Below are positions 49,863-63,347 of a DNA stretch of 64,000 bases, piece by piece. The notes beneath the pieces were generated by a model. That model did no database searches, was not told where the DNA came from, and was given only the letters and a program-made list of their open reading frames with translations. A program made the position numbers and the translations under genes. Where the stretch lies: contig BROI01000008.1 of assembly GCA_027923505.1 (NCBI GenBank), forward strand, positions 124,001-188,000. The letters are read 5' to 3'. How positions within the stretch are numbered: position 1 is the stretch's first letter; each line of letters begins with the position of its first letter. This stretch comes from Mayamaea pseudoterrestris. Its lineage: Eukaryota.

Positions 49863-52124
49863 ATGCCGATTAATAAACCACCTTTACTACCTGGTAGTTG
49901 TCAGGCTCATGGCATCGGGCGCCGTCGCCAGCGAAACCAGTCAGGGAACGAAAATGACCCTACGAGTCTTACTCCAGCTACTTACGTCGTTAACGACTCC
50001 CACAAGCTTATGATTTTCCATACGAGCGTTCCAATAAAGCTGACAACATCGATTGCGATCGATCCGTCGGTCACTTTGGTGGTACTTGACAAAAAACCTG
50101 ATCTTATGTCCATTCTGGATGACTTTTATAATTGTTCTGTCGGGATGGCTGAGGATGATGTGGGCCCAGAGCTCATCTTTAATATTGATGGACCATTGCC
50201 AAAGAGATCTATTTGTGACTTGAGAGTGTTCTTGGGCGGCGTTGTTCAAGATGCTGTCGCAGCTCTTTCGTTGTCGATTGTCATGTCAGGTGTCGCATCA
50301 ACCGCGACGACACCATCACCAGTAACGTCATTGTTTCATGCCGTCGTCAAGCGCACCATTGTGGGCACGCACATTCTGTGGCGAGAACAGCGATATACGA
50401 CAGCGATTCAATTGAAGATTGAAGAAAAGGAAATTACTTTGCAAATTCAGTCTGTAACGGCGAACAAGACTCGAGGTGCCGATAGTCCAATCCACTACAT
50501 TATATTGCCAAGCACTCGCATAACAATCGAAAACGACGTAATTTCTTGTCGAGATGTGGTCCAGGAGGCGATATCGGAAAGCCATTTTGCCTCTCCCGCT
50601 ATCAAAGTTCTTGTGGAGACAATCAATGCCATCCGTCAGTATCCCAAGCTTTCACTCGCTCGGTCGTTTATCTTCTCAGGTCAACCTGGGACTGGCAAAA
50701 CTTATGCAATTAACATGGCGTCTAAAATGGTCGGCCTTGCCTGTCAGTTGACATCGTTGAACGGCTCCGAGATCATGGCTTCTGGGCACGGGCCAGAAGC
50801 AGCTCGATCTTTGGAACAACTCTTTATCAAAGCACATCAAGCCAGCAAGGACGACGTTTCTTCAGTCGCCTTGGTTTTTCTCGATGAGTTTGATGCTCTT
50901 GCAGTGTCAGAACATGTTACTGCTATGCTGGGTATGCTATTGGATCGAGTTTCGACAGACGCGCATTGGCGCAGATTCCTCGTGGTGGCGGCAACGAACC
51001 GCATTGATGCTGTACCGGCTCATCTGCGCCGACCAGGGCGGTTTGACAAGGAGCATATTTTTGCAGCACCAGATGTGAGGGAACGGCAATTGATTATACA
51101 AAGAATCATGCGCCAGTCTACCAAATTGGAATTTTGGTTGGAAGAAGAACAACTTGAGTCGCTAGCGGAAAATTGCGTCGGTTTTGTGCCGGCAGATCTG
51201 GTAGCACTTGTGCGCAAAGCAATGCTTCTACGATTCAGTCATCCTAACGCGACCTCCAATGAGCTACTCAATGCGGCACTTTCTTTTGTAGGCGCATCAG
51301 CCTTGCGCGACGCGGCCTTGACGGCGCCACCTGCGACGACTTGGTCGGACATTGCCGGCGATTGTGGCGGGGCAAAATTGGCACTGCAGCAAGCAATTGA
51401 GTGGCCACGAACACGGAGGATAGCATATCAACGTCTGGGCTTGCAGAATCCGAGAGGATGTTTATTGTATGGTCCGCCTGGAACTGGCAAAACGATGCTT
51501 GCGCGCGCCGCGGCCGGTTCCTCAGGTCTTGCATTTTTGTCGCTATCCCCAGCTGATGTGTACGCTTCATCGTACGTGGGCGATGCCGAAGCGATCATTA
51601 GGAGAGCTTTCGATTGTTCGAGAGCAGCTGCACCCTGTATCTTATTTTTTGATGAGCTGGACTCGATTCTTGGGTTCGACGATAATGCAACAGGAGGGAT
51701 GACTCGAGGGCACTCTGCTGAGGCCAGAATTCTTTCCACGTTCCTAAACGAAATGGACGGCATCGATGGCACAATGAACGATGGTGTCATGGTGCTTGGC
51801 GCCACAAACAGACCGGAAACCATTGATCGCGCCCTCCTGCGACCTGGGCGCTTTGACAAGGTGATTCATGTACCGCCTCCCGACTTAATTGGTCGTCGCG
51901 CCATTTTAGAAATGCAGTGTTGTGGTTGGAAGACGGACGAACCGCTTGACTATGACCTGCTGGCGCAAGGAGATGTGACAGGAGGTATGACCGGAGCTGA
52001 GATGGTTGGAGCTTGTCGCGAGGCTGCAATGGAAGTTTTTCACGAGATTGTCATTGAAAGGAAGTTGCATTGCATGGGCCAAAGCATATTATTTGACGCT
52101 CTTCACCGAGCGCGTCCAATGTAG
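49863..52124 (+). CDS. Two-domain AAA+ ATPase, CDC48/AFG2(SPATA5)-like
   Basis: Walker A GQPGTGKT and GPPGTGKT, Walker B LDEFD and FDELD, SRH LRRPGRFD and LLRPGRFD. Confidence 0.88.
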   Translation: MPINKPPLLPGSCQAHGIGRRRQRNQSGNENDPTSLTPATYVVNDSHKLMIFHTSVPIKLTTSIAIDPSVTLVVLDKKPDLMSILDDFYNCSVGMAEDDVGPELIFNIDGPLPKRSICDLRVFLGGVVQDAVAALSLSIVMSGVASTATTPSPVTSLFHAVVKRTIVGTHILWREQRYTTAIQLKIEEKEITLQIQSVTANKTRGADSPIHYIILPSTRITIENDVISCRDVVQEAISESHFASPAIKVLVETINAIRQYPKLSLARSFIFSGQPGTGKTYAINMASKMVGLACQLTSLNGSEIMASGHGPEAARSLEQLFIKAHQASKDDVSSVALVFLDEFDALAVSEHVTAMLGMLLDRVSTDAHWRRFLVVAATNRIDAVPAHLRRPGRFDKEHIFAAPDVRERQLIIQRIMRQSTKLEFWLEEEQLESLAENCVGFVPADLVALVRKAMLLRFSHPNATSNELLNAALSFVGASALRDAALTAPPATTWSDIAGDCGGAKLALQQAIEWPRTRRIAYQRLGLQNPRGCLLYGPPGTGKTMLARAAAGSSGLAFLSLSPADVYASSYVGDAEAIIRRAFDCSRAAAPCILFFDELDSILGFDDNATGGMTRGHSAEARILSTFLNEMDGIDGTMNDGVMVLGATNRPETIDRALLRPGRFDKVIHVPPPDLIGRRAILEMQCCGWKTDEPLDYDLLAQGDVTGGMTGAEMVGACREAAMEVFHEIVIERKLHCMGQSILFDALHRARPM

Positions 52125-52288
52125 TTAAAACGCTTCTTGCAATGCATGTTTTGAACTTTTGCATCGAGCAACTTTAATTGGTACTTAATTATCCTAGTGA
52201 TATAAAATAAAATCGTTTAACTAATTTTTCCTGCTGCCAAGTTTACACAAACGCCATTTTACAGCAAGCTACTAACCTAACTTACACT

Positions 52289-54056
<1,768 letters not shown>

Positions 54057-54357
54057 GGCGCACCAGGTTGCTGCATATATTATGGTGCGAGTATACTATA
54101 ACACAATCAAGCTCGCACGGAGGGAACGACTGGAAAGAAAATCGGAGTGGATCTTCGCGACAAGATCCGCATCGCGCGCGTGCGTCAGAGGTTCGTGGTA
54201 AATGTCGCTACGGTACTTGTCACAACCGAAGCGCATCCTCGTCCAACACACAGACATCAACAACCAATGCTCGCAAGCCACAAGCGACGCATATACTTCT
54301 TGTACACTGTTCATGCAGTTATCGCGCACTAACTGTTCACAAAACGACAAGATCGCC

Positions 54358-55407
54358 ATGAATTCTGATTCTGCAGACATTCTGGATGATCCCATCCATC
54401 GTCTCTACGAGCACTCGGGCGATGCACTCCAAAATCGTAAGGAAACGATCCAAGTGATGGAGGCGTTGCTCGACGACTCTCGTCGAGACGCCGCGTCAAA
54501 TGTGTACGGTCCAGGCCCACTTTTATTGTCAGATATTCCTGAGTCTACCACGCGCGATGGTGTCATTCTCGGCATTGACGAGGCCGGACGTGGCAGTGTG
54601 CTCGGTCCAATGATCTACGGAGCTGCATACTGGCATCCAAGTGTTGCTAGCAGTATTCCCAAAGACTTTAACGACTCGAAACAACTATCGGAAGACAAGC
54701 GAGCTTCCTTGCTTAAGAAAATCTTGTACGAGACGCCAGCGATTGGGTTTGCCGTTCGCGTTATTCATGCCAGTGAGATTGCTCGAAACATGCTTCGGCC
54801 TGCGCCATACAACTTGAATCAAATGTCACACGACGCTGCCATTGAAATGATTCGTCGACTACTTGTCGCTGGGGTAAGAATTGATACTTGCTACATTGAC
54901 ACTGTCGGAAATCCGCAATCCTACGCGCGTCGACTCCAGGGTGAATTTCCTGGATTGACCTTTGTCGTCGAATCCAAGGCTGACGCCAAGTACCCTCCAT
55001 GCTCGGCCGCCTCGGTAGTGGCCAAGAATGTCCGTGATCGCATGACGAGTAGCTGGAAGTTTAGCGAAGGTGAGAGCCTGAGTGCGTCGACGGCATTCGG
55101 TTCCGGCTATCCATCCGATCCCACCTGCAAATTTTGGATGTTGAACCATCAAAAGTGCAAGATATTCGGCTTTCCAGACGTTGTTCGCTTTTCGTGGGGA
55201 CCGGCGAAAAAATTGTTGGAGGAGAACGCAATCAAGTTTGTATTCGAAGCAGACGTGGATGACGAGGGAAATGACAGCTTGACTCTGGCGACAAAAAAGC
55301 GCCAGCAGGAGCATATGAAAACATTTTTGGGTAAGCAATTGAGCAAGACAAAGCGATACTACTTCCATTCGCGTCGGCGTATGGAGATTGTTGCCAATCT
55401 AGGGTAG
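54358..55407 (+). CDS. RNASEH2A: Ribonuclease H2 catalytic subunit A
   Basis: GIDEAGRGSVLGPM, DSKQL, YIDTVG, KADAKY, GSGYPSDP. Start uncertain (54358 or 54202). Confidence 0.93.
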   Translation: MNSDSADILDDPIHRLYEHSGDALQNRKETIQVMEALLDDSRRDAASNVYGPGPLLLSDIPESTTRDGVILGIDEAGRGSVLGPMIYGAAYWHPSVASSIPKDFNDSKQLSEDKRASLLKKILYETPAIGFAVRVIHASEIARNMLRPAPYNLNQMSHDAAIEMIRRLLVAGVRIDTCYIDTVGNPQSYARRLQGEFPGLTFVVESKADAKYPPCSAASVVAKNVRDRMTSSWKFSEGESLSASTAFGSGYPSDPTCKFWMLNHQKCKIFGFPDVVRFSWGPAKKLLEENAIKFVFEADVDDEGNDSLTLATKKRQQEHMKTFLGKQLSKTKRYYFHSRRRMEIVANLG

Positions 55408-56240
55408 GGTAATATGTCAGTCTATTGTCTATTCTATTGGACAACACCGATATTATTTAGCCATGGTCATCTCTACGGTATGCTTGTTACTGACTCGGTG
55501 TTGCGGTAACTCCAAGCATTGTCGCGAAGCAGACCCACTCAAAAATCGACCTCTTTGTATTGTCTCGTAAGGGAACATTTTCATCCGTGTCGTGAGGCGT
55601 TGTCGCCTTGCCGACAAACACTGATTCACTGTCAGTGGCTTCTTGTTTTTGATCACAATCCGACGGCGACTTTCAGAGAGCCGCTAACATGAAACATCTT
55701 ATCCCACAAGTAGTCAATCGTTGCACTTTCTTTCACATCGTATCTCGTATCTCCAAAGACTCGCGCTGGTAGATAGATTGGCATTAACATGGCGGCCAGA
55801 TACGTGCCGTCAAAAACAATTTCCGCTTTCGGTTTATTTTCATTGTGTTCTTGACACTAACTGTAAAGGATGGGCGAATCATCGTCGGCTATTGTACACT
55901 GCTGCATCCATCGTCCATAAGCACCATCACAGCCTTTCGACGACGCGCCGATGTTCAACCTTGCTGGCATTGGGAGGCCATCATTCAATTACGTCGACAA
56001 GCCTGCCGCTCATAGTGGACTCCGAGAGTATGTCCTACAGCATCATCCTGTGTACTTTACAATACCGTAGTCTCTCTGAATGCTCAGAGGCTTTGTGAGA
56101 ATGCATCGAAGGGGCTACAGGCTGACATGCTGTGATGTGTGGATTACGTTGTGGTGATCGCATCCGATTTCGTCCGTAACGCGCGCGCCGTACGACCACG
56201 TACGATCCATCCAATCAGACCAATGAAGCTTGTTGGGCCT

Positions 56241-56710
56241 TTTTCAAAGTTTCTGGCAGTACTCTTTGAGCAACAGTAAACGTGCGTTGAGAATCAAAGT
56301 TATTGGCAGTACTCTATAAACGACAGTCAACGTACGTTGAGAATCAAAGTTATTGGCAGCACTGTTTGAGCAACAGTCAACGTACGTTGAAAATCAAAGT
56401 TATTGGCAGGACTGTTTGAGCAATAGTCAACGTACGTTGAGAATCAAAGTTATTGGCAGTTCTCTATAAACGACAGTCAACGTACGTTGAAAATCAAAGT
56501 TATTGGCAGTACTGTTTGAGCAACAGTCAACGTACGTTGAAAATCAAAGTTATTGGCAGTACTGTTTGAGTAACAGTCAACGTACGTTGAAAATCAAAGT
56601 TATTTGCAGTACTGTTTGAGCGTTAGTCAACGTACGTTGAGAATCAAAGTTATTGGCAGTACTCTATAAACGACAGTCAACGTACGTTGAAAATCAAAGT
56701 TATTGGCAGT
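56241..56710. repeat. 50-bp minisatellite, about 9 copies, with 14-bp palindrome TCAACGTACGTTGA
   Basis: TATTGGCAG every 50 bp from 56301 to 56701 (variant at 56601), degenerate copy at 56251. Confidence 0.95.
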
Positions 56711-56849
56711 ATGTACTGATACAGAACGCCTATATGTCATGACATTTCCAAGTTCTATTGTACTGTACTACTAAACAGTGCTTTGACGCGATCACCATGG
56801 CGCACCATCCTTATCCGCTGAACAAACAAACCCATCATAAACAAAAAGC

Positions 56850-57845
56850 ATGAGCACATCTGTCAACTGCGATCAGAAGCAGCAAGACTTGCTTGCGACG
56901 AATGATGTTGCTGAACTTGCATTTGAATCTCCTGTAGCTGACAAGTCGACAATCACCGTCGGCCCAACCGAAACGACGACCACAGGCAGCATCAGCAACC
57001 AACCGAATCAAATGTCCAAGAACCAACTCAAGAAGCTTAAACGTTGGGAACAAAAGATGGTGATCAAGCAACGTCGCAAGGAGCAAGAGCGCGCCGCCAA
57101 GGTTGCCAAGGCGCTAGCCGTTGGTCGAGATATAGAGGAGGAACGTCGCCAGCAGGCCGCCACCTACGGCAAGGGTCGAATGCGACAATACAAGCTAGAC
57201 AAATGGAAGGCGCGATTGCAGCAAGGGTCGTCGCTTCAAATATGTGTTGACGGCAGCTTTGAGTCGAGCATGACGGCCAAGGAGATTAATAGTTTGGCGC
57301 TGCAATTACGATACTGCTACGCGAGCAACCGACGATGCTGCAGCGCCTCTGGGAATGCACTTCCTTGTGGTTATACATTTACAAGCTCGGGCGGAGAAAC
57401 GTTGAAGCATTTGCAGAATGTTAGTGGATTTGACGAATGGAAGAACTGGGGCTTCCAGCATTCGCCGCTTTCGCTCGGAGATTATTACAAGGACAAGTTG
57501 TCACAGGTTGTGTATTTAACCTGTGATTCGGAACATACATTGACGGAACTAGCGAGTGACAAAATTTATGTCATTGGTGGAATTGTTGATCGAAATCGCC
57601 TCAAGCGCGCAGCAATGGACAGGGCGGAAGCGTTGGGCGTTTCTACTGCAAAGTTGCCAATCGATGATCACCTGAAGAAAATGCCTTCTACCAGAGTGCT
57701 CACGTGCAACCACGTCTTTGATCTACTGCTCAAGTGCCGAGAACATAATGGGGATTGGAAGAAGGCGTTAATGGAAGTTTTACCAACGCGAAAGGATGCG
57801 CAGTTTAATGATGTTGAGCAGCCTGATCAAATTGCCGCGAAGTAG
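56850..57845 (+). CDS. TRM10: tRNA m1G9 methyltransferase, Trm10 family
   Basis: MSKNQLKK N-terminal motif, VYLTCDS, YVIGGIVDRNR, AKLPI, VLTCNHV. Confidence 0.92.
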   Translation: MSTSVNCDQKQQDLLATNDVAELAFESPVADKSTITVGPTETTTTGSISNQPNQMSKNQLKKLKRWEQKMVIKQRRKEQERAAKVAKALAVGRDIEEERRQQAATYGKGRMRQYKLDKWKARLQQGSSLQICVDGSFESSMTAKEINSLALQLRYCYASNRRCCSASGNALPCGYTFTSSGGETLKHLQNVSGFDEWKNWGFQHSPLSLGDYYKDKLSQVVYLTCDSEHTLTELASDKIYVIGGIVDRNRLKRAAMDRAEALGVSTAKLPIDDHLKKMPSTRVLTCNHVFDLLLKCREHNGDWKKALMEVLPTRKDAQFNDVEQPDQIAAK

Positions 57846-58456
57846 GTGGCGATACCTGTTCCACAGACATAGATTACTGTCATTACGATAAGCATGTCTT
57901 TAAATGAATGTGAACGGAAGGTGGCGTGGCGGGCGGGCGGACGGGACAGTCAATCTGTTTCGTGCTATTGAAAAGTCGCCGTCATTTTGGGAGCACTTAC
58001 ACGTTCCTACCTCGTGCCCTGCGTTTCTTGTAACAGAAAACTAAAATAAACTCCCTGCCTTGCGTGTCTCTGTTGTTGATTTCATAATTTCGGGAAGCCT
58101 GGTAGTGAACATTGTCGACGCGGCTGAACTGGAGCTGAAAGTGCCAGATCGCCCATCGCAACCGTTTCCTTTAAGACGAATCGCGGACTTTGTATCCTTA
58201 TTTTATGCCTGCGTTTCACTTGTACTCCCACTTTTTGCAGTAGGTACACCTCTACTCGTATGGGAAAGCTAGTCGACGAGCAATACCGTACCGGTAGATG
58301 CACGCGAATCACGATAGGGCTGTCAATCGCACCGGTACTTCTGGCCAAATTCTTGAAACGACGAGACGCAAATCCGCAAGTCGACGCACAGCGGAGCGAG
58401 CGAGAAGTACTTATTCACTGCCCACAAATTTGACATTTCCAGCTGCAACCGACTAA

Positions 58457-59644
58457 ATGAGAGTGGAGGAGTCAATGAATATGGTGCAGCCAAACTCAGT
58501 GGCTTCCTTACTCGCAGAGGAGTGGACGATTCGCCCAAGCTCGATCATGCCTTCTTTTGCTGAAATGATGATGATTCATCAAGCTTCGCAGTCAAGCCAC
58601 GAGGCCTTGGGCTCTGCTATTAATATCGCCTTGCGCTGGCTCAACTCGTCAAATGATTCGCCGCTTTCAGCGACGACCGCAACACTTGTGAACATGGTTA
58701 GTGCAATACGACGCAGACTACGATTATTAGCAACGAACCACAGGGACGAAATCCATCCATTAGTTTTATATCTGTTGGAACGGTCGTCTCTTCAATCGTC
58801 AGCGTCAGCAACTGTTTCAGAGGCGTTGTATGGCACAAAGCGATCCAAGCTTGTTTCTTTTGCGGACCACAATGCAGGAACGTCGGCACATGGGCGAAGA
58901 ATAGTAGACTTGTCGGGAAATGACCAGACGCGTCTCGCTCTCCTATCAGCTTTGGCACCGTATGTAAAGCACAAATGCTACCAGCTTCATCGAAAGTATC
59001 GTGTTCCTTCGCTTGACGGTAATGGTTCCGTAAATCGACGGAACCGTATATTAGGGGCATGCTACTTGTCGACTGCAGTTGTTCTGGCGTCGATGAAAGT
59101 GCTGTGCCAATGGCGTTTCCTTGCCAAACAATCGCTATTTTTCAGTCCCAGCTCGCTGCTCCTGAATCAGATCGTACGTCGAGTCACTCAGTCGGACGCG
59201 ACGAAAGGAATGGCGTCACAACCTGTGTCGACGAATGCGAAGCAATCAGGCGACTGCCTCACATATTTGCTGACTGTGACAGTGGCTGTTAGTTGGATCG
59301 CTCAAATGCGGGTAGCTTGGGCGAATCGTCGACGAGAGCAACGTCAACACTTAGCGATTCGAGACCACTCCGCGGCTGGGAGCGACACTCCACCGCCATC
59401 TCCTCCTTGCACGATACCCACCAGTTTTGGGAAGCATGCAACGAAATACGTTGATGATCGGTGTTGCTCATTGTGTCTTGGACCTCGAACTAACCCCACT
59501 GCCACTAGCTCGGGTCACGTATTCTGTGAACTTTGCATTCGTTCACATGTGCGACGCTTTCAACGGTGTCCAGCGACTGGCGTAGCGTGTAAAGAATCTA
59601 TGTTGATAAGGTTGTTTGAGCCAAGCAATACGGGTCGCTACTAA
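58457..59644 (+). CDS. PEX12: Peroxin 12-like RING protein
   Basis: PSFAEM N-terminal motif, SEALYG, C-terminal degenerate RING CSLC..RTNP..SGHVFCELCI..CPATG. Confidence 0.8.
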   Translation: MRVEESMNMVQPNSVASLLAEEWTIRPSSIMPSFAEMMMIHQASQSSHEALGSAINIALRWLNSSNDSPLSATTATLVNMVSAIRRRLRLLATNHRDEIHPLVLYLLERSSLQSSASATVSEALYGTKRSKLVSFADHNAGTSAHGRRIVDLSGNDQTRLALLSALAPYVKHKCYQLHRKYRVPSLDGNGSVNRRNRILGACYLSTAVVLASMKVLCQWRFLAKQSLFFSPSSLLLNQIVRRVTQSDATKGMASQPVSTNAKQSGDCLTYLLTVTVAVSWIAQMRVAWANRRREQRQHLAIRDHSAAGSDTPPPSPPCTIPTSFGKHATKYVDDRCCSLCLGPRTNPTATSSGHVFCELCIRSHVRRFQRCPATGVACKESMLIRLFEPSNTGRY

Positions 59645-59780
59645 ACGACACAAACTAAAATATAATAGGCTGCACTTAATTGGACGAAGCATGCGGCACA
59701 TAAAGTGGAAAAGTTTTGCAAGCTTTTCAAAACTGTGTCGCAGTAATAGAATGGGCACACGCAGAAACAAACGAGCTGGT

Positions 59781-61943
59781 TCAAGTGTAGATCGCTTCGA
59801 TCATGTCGCTGTACTTCTCCGCGGCGATGCTGCGCTTCAACTTGAGTGTCGGAGTCAGCTCCCCGCCTTTTTCGGAAAAATCCGACGGCAACAGCAACCA
59901 CTTATTGACTTTCTGCGCGCGCGATATCGCTTTTTCGTTGGCAGCTTTAATACCATTATCAAAGTACGTCTTCCACGCAGGATCGTTGCGAACTTCGTCG
60001 GTCGTGGTGGCAGTACTGCCGATTTGCTTGCCGATGTCGAGGGCTTCGCCGGTGAGTTTGTTTGTTGGAACACAATCTGCGCCAACTTCGACTTGGAGCG
60101 CGAGCACAGCTGAAAGGAACTTGCGCTTGTCGCCAATGACCATAACATTTGAAAGCGCTGGCATAACCTCCTTCAGATTTTCTTCGATAGGTACTGGTGC
60201 AACATTTTCACCCCCCGACGTGATGATGAGCTCCTGATTCAATTTCAGAAAGACAGAAATAACTAGTGAGGACAAGTAGAAACTAATCAAGATCGCCATT
60301 ATTGATGTCGTGATACCTTACCTTAATCCGACCAGTTATACGCATGAAGCCAGACGGTTCGGGAATTCTTTGATCGTTATTGCCGTCCATCGTTGCCACA
60401 TCTCCACTGCGCAGCCAGCCTTCGGCATCGATAGTCTCGTTTGTTTTCTCAGGCATACCCCAGTAACCAGCAAAAATATGACGTCCACGGTAGCAGAGTT
60501 CCCCAGTCTGCTTGTCCAACATGGTTTCGGTTCCAAGGAGTGGCCGACCGCACGTTCCAAACTTAAAGGCAGTATACGTATTTGTAGTCTGCGGACCCGT
60601 GCACTCGGATTGTCCAAAAATTTCCATAATCGGGATATCTAAGCTTGCAAAGTAGTGCATAACCTTTAATTCAATTGGGGCCGCCGCAACGTAAAATGCA
60701 TAGCACCGGTCAAATCCAAGTGCTGCATGCACCTTATGCAAGAGTTTCTTTGCCAAAAACAGGCTAAAGTTGGGCGTTCCACAGACATCTTGGTCTTCCG
60801 AGCTACCATACTCCTTTTTCTTCCAATCAGCGAGCGCTTGCGCCTTGGCCCAATTGGAAAGAATTCGTTTAATACCAGACGATGACTTGGCGACCTGTTG
60901 CAGCCTTTCATGAAACTTCTCCCAAACACGCGGAACGCCGAAAAAGGTCGTTGGACGGACGTCCTTGAGCGTTTGAGCCAGCGATCCTTTCAATGCATCC
61001 GGCTGGGCAAAGTAGATCTGGGATCCACATCGATTGGGCAAGTACATATCAATCATCTGTGCGGCTACATGCGACAAAGGCAGATAACTTACCATGACAT
61101 CCGAAGTGTCCATTGTTCCTTTGCGCGTGGCCAGAAGCATGGTTTCCACGGTCCAAGTGATGTTATCGTTTGTAATCATGACGGCTGTGAAAGTGGTAGA
61201 AATACAGGAATGAGCAATCGAATGACTACATTGTGATGAAAATGCTCGCAATTACCTTTCGGTGGACCAGTAGTTCCGGACGTGTAGATCAAGCTGCATG
61301 TTTCGCCGAAACTCCACGAGTCCGATCGAGCCTTGAGATCCGCGTCGCTCACGCTGGCTCCAAGCTTGACAAATTCGTCAAAGGTGTAGCACGGAACCCT
61401 GCACTTTCCCTTGATATCAGCTGGTAGCTTGTCGGGTCCATACATGACGAGCGCCTTTAAATTCAGAAGATGCGTGGTATCGTAGTACTTTTCAAGCTGC
61501 TGAACGCCCTCGCACACAACGACTCGCGCCTTGGAGTGCTCGGAAATGTATTGACACGCCTCTTTGCTGTTTGTCGTGTAAATGCCGGCGCTGACGCCTC
61601 CAGCTGCAATGGCTCCAAAGTTGGCAAAGAGCCATTCGGGCGCGTTGAAGCCGATGATATTGATGGTATCAAAGCGGTCAAAACCAATGGACAAGAGACT
61701 CTTGGCAAAGTCGTCAACATTCTTGCGATATTCCTTCCAGGTATATGTCGTCCATTTGGTGTCGAGCTTGCCGTCAGTCACCTTTTTTTGATGCAACGCA
61801 GGCTTGTCTCCGTTCAGTTTGACAGTTGCGTCAAATGACTGCATGATTGTCTTGGGCGGCAAGGCAGCAATGCCATTCATTCCAAGTCGAATCTTGACCT
61901 CCTGGCGAATGTCAGAGGTGGAGAGAGGAAGCTCGTCACTCAT
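59781..61943 (-). CDS. Long-chain acyl-CoA synthetase, bubblegum (ACSBG) type; exons 61943-61256, 61184-60322, 60233-59781
   Basis: IYTSGTTGPPK, SYLPLSH, FGQSECTGP, GWLRSGD, GRIK|ELIITSGGENVAP, ELTPTLKLKR. Two GT-AG introns (71 and 88 nt) join in frame. Confidence 0.92.
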
Positions 61944-62286
61944 CGTATGCTTTTAATGATTGTGCAAATGCAAAGTTTCCTTTGTGATGATGAAGAAAAG
62001 AGCTGTGCCACGCCTGTTACGGACTTATTGATATGCAAGCGTGCGCTGCGTTGCCTACAAGATTTTGCCATGGCAATGACGGAAGGGCGAGGCTGTCTTC
62101 GGCATCATCAACGTCATCAAATTCATGTCGTACCACTACTTCATGCGTCACAACACGTTTCACGCGATGAGTCACTCGCTCATCGATATTCGATGCGCAA
62201 CCATGAGCTGCCAGAATGTCATACTAGTAGTTTCAAGAGGCATTAAACATTCTCTATTACAATAATCCACTGTTCTTTTTTCAATC

Positions 62287-63033
62287 ATGACCTTTGCTCG
62301 GTGCACACTCATGTTCTTAGCATTCTTGGTGCTCGAAATTCAAGCATTCTCCACTTTGGCTGCTACTCGCACCACGAAGCAACAATCATCTTCATGCAAA
62401 TCTCTAATCACGTTATCAGCCGTCGAGGATGAAAATCATATTCCTTTTATTAAGCAAATGCGATATGCGTTTGCTGCAACAACCCTCGGGCTATCATTAA
62501 TGTCAGCACCTGCAATGTCCCTTGCAGACGGAAGTACTAAGGAATTCAAACTACCACCCATTGATCGCGAAGACAAGAACCGATGTGTTCTTCAGGGAAG
62601 CAGCATGGGTCAGGCAAATGCAGCACGAGACAAGCTATACGATTTACGTCTATGTCAACTCGGTGGACAAGATGCGTCAGGTTTGGACTTGTCGGGAGTC
62701 ATTATGAGTCGAACTGACGTCTCAAAGGCAAAGTTTGTCGAAGCGTATTTTAGTAAGGGATATCTACATGACTCCAACTTTGATGGAGCCGACTTTACAA
62801 ATGCTATTGTTGATCGAGCGTCATTCTCGGGGTCCACATTGCGCGGCACCATCTTTAAAAACTCGGTGCTGACAGGCACATCCTTTGAAAACGCCAATGT
62901 TGAGGGAGCCGACTTCACGGAAGCAGCGCTTGGAGACTTTGATATAAAGAGTCTTTGCCGAAACCCAACACTCAAGGGAGAAAACCCAACGACTGGCGAA
63001 GACACACGAATGTCTGTTGGATGCCGGAACTAA
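62287..63033 (+). CDS. Thylakoid-lumen pentapeptide-repeat protein
   Basis: Signal peptide ending IQA-F, second hydrophobic segment ending SLA-D, pentapeptide repeats (SNFDG ADFTN ASFSG TSFEN ADFTE), terminal Cys pairs. Confidence 0.85.
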   Translation: MTFARCTLMFLAFLVLEIQAFSTLAATRTTKQQSSSCKSLITLSAVEDENHIPFIKQMRYAFAATTLGLSLMSAPAMSLADGSTKEFKLPPIDREDKNRCVLQGSSMGQANAARDKLYDLRLCQLGGQDASGLDLSGVIMSRTDVSKAKFVEAYFSKGYLHDSNFDGADFTNAIVDRASFSGSTLRGTIFKNSVLTGTSFENANVEGADFTEAALGDFDIKSLCRNPTLKGENPTTGEDTRMSVGCRN

Positions 63034-63347
63034 ATAATGACGTTGAGGGTACGCGGTTGCTAAAAATTTAAATGAGCTAGCTAATCATGATTTGTATGGT
63101 AACACACACTATCCTGCCTAATCATCGTACGTAATAGTTTAGGAGTATGTACCGGCATAATACCAACTTAGCAAGCGAAAGAAAAGGTTACTGTAGCATT
63201 CTGGGCCGCTGCGGTGCGGAAGGCGCAGCTCACGAATCGACGCTGATGACGTACGTGCGCGCCATCAAAATGATCCGTTTCATCCCATTTTTTCTTTGAC
63301 GCTATTCTCATCTTTTGCTTCGTCCATCATTGCCGCAACTTATTTAC

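Noticed and set aside
55453..56098. Short ORFs between RNASEH2A and the minisatellite
   Set aside because: No recognisable motifs and doubtful starts. Treated as intergenic.
56241..56710. CRISPR-like appearance (palindromic repeat plus variable block)
   Set aside because: The variable block is short and of only two related types, there are no cas genes, and the context is eukaryotic.
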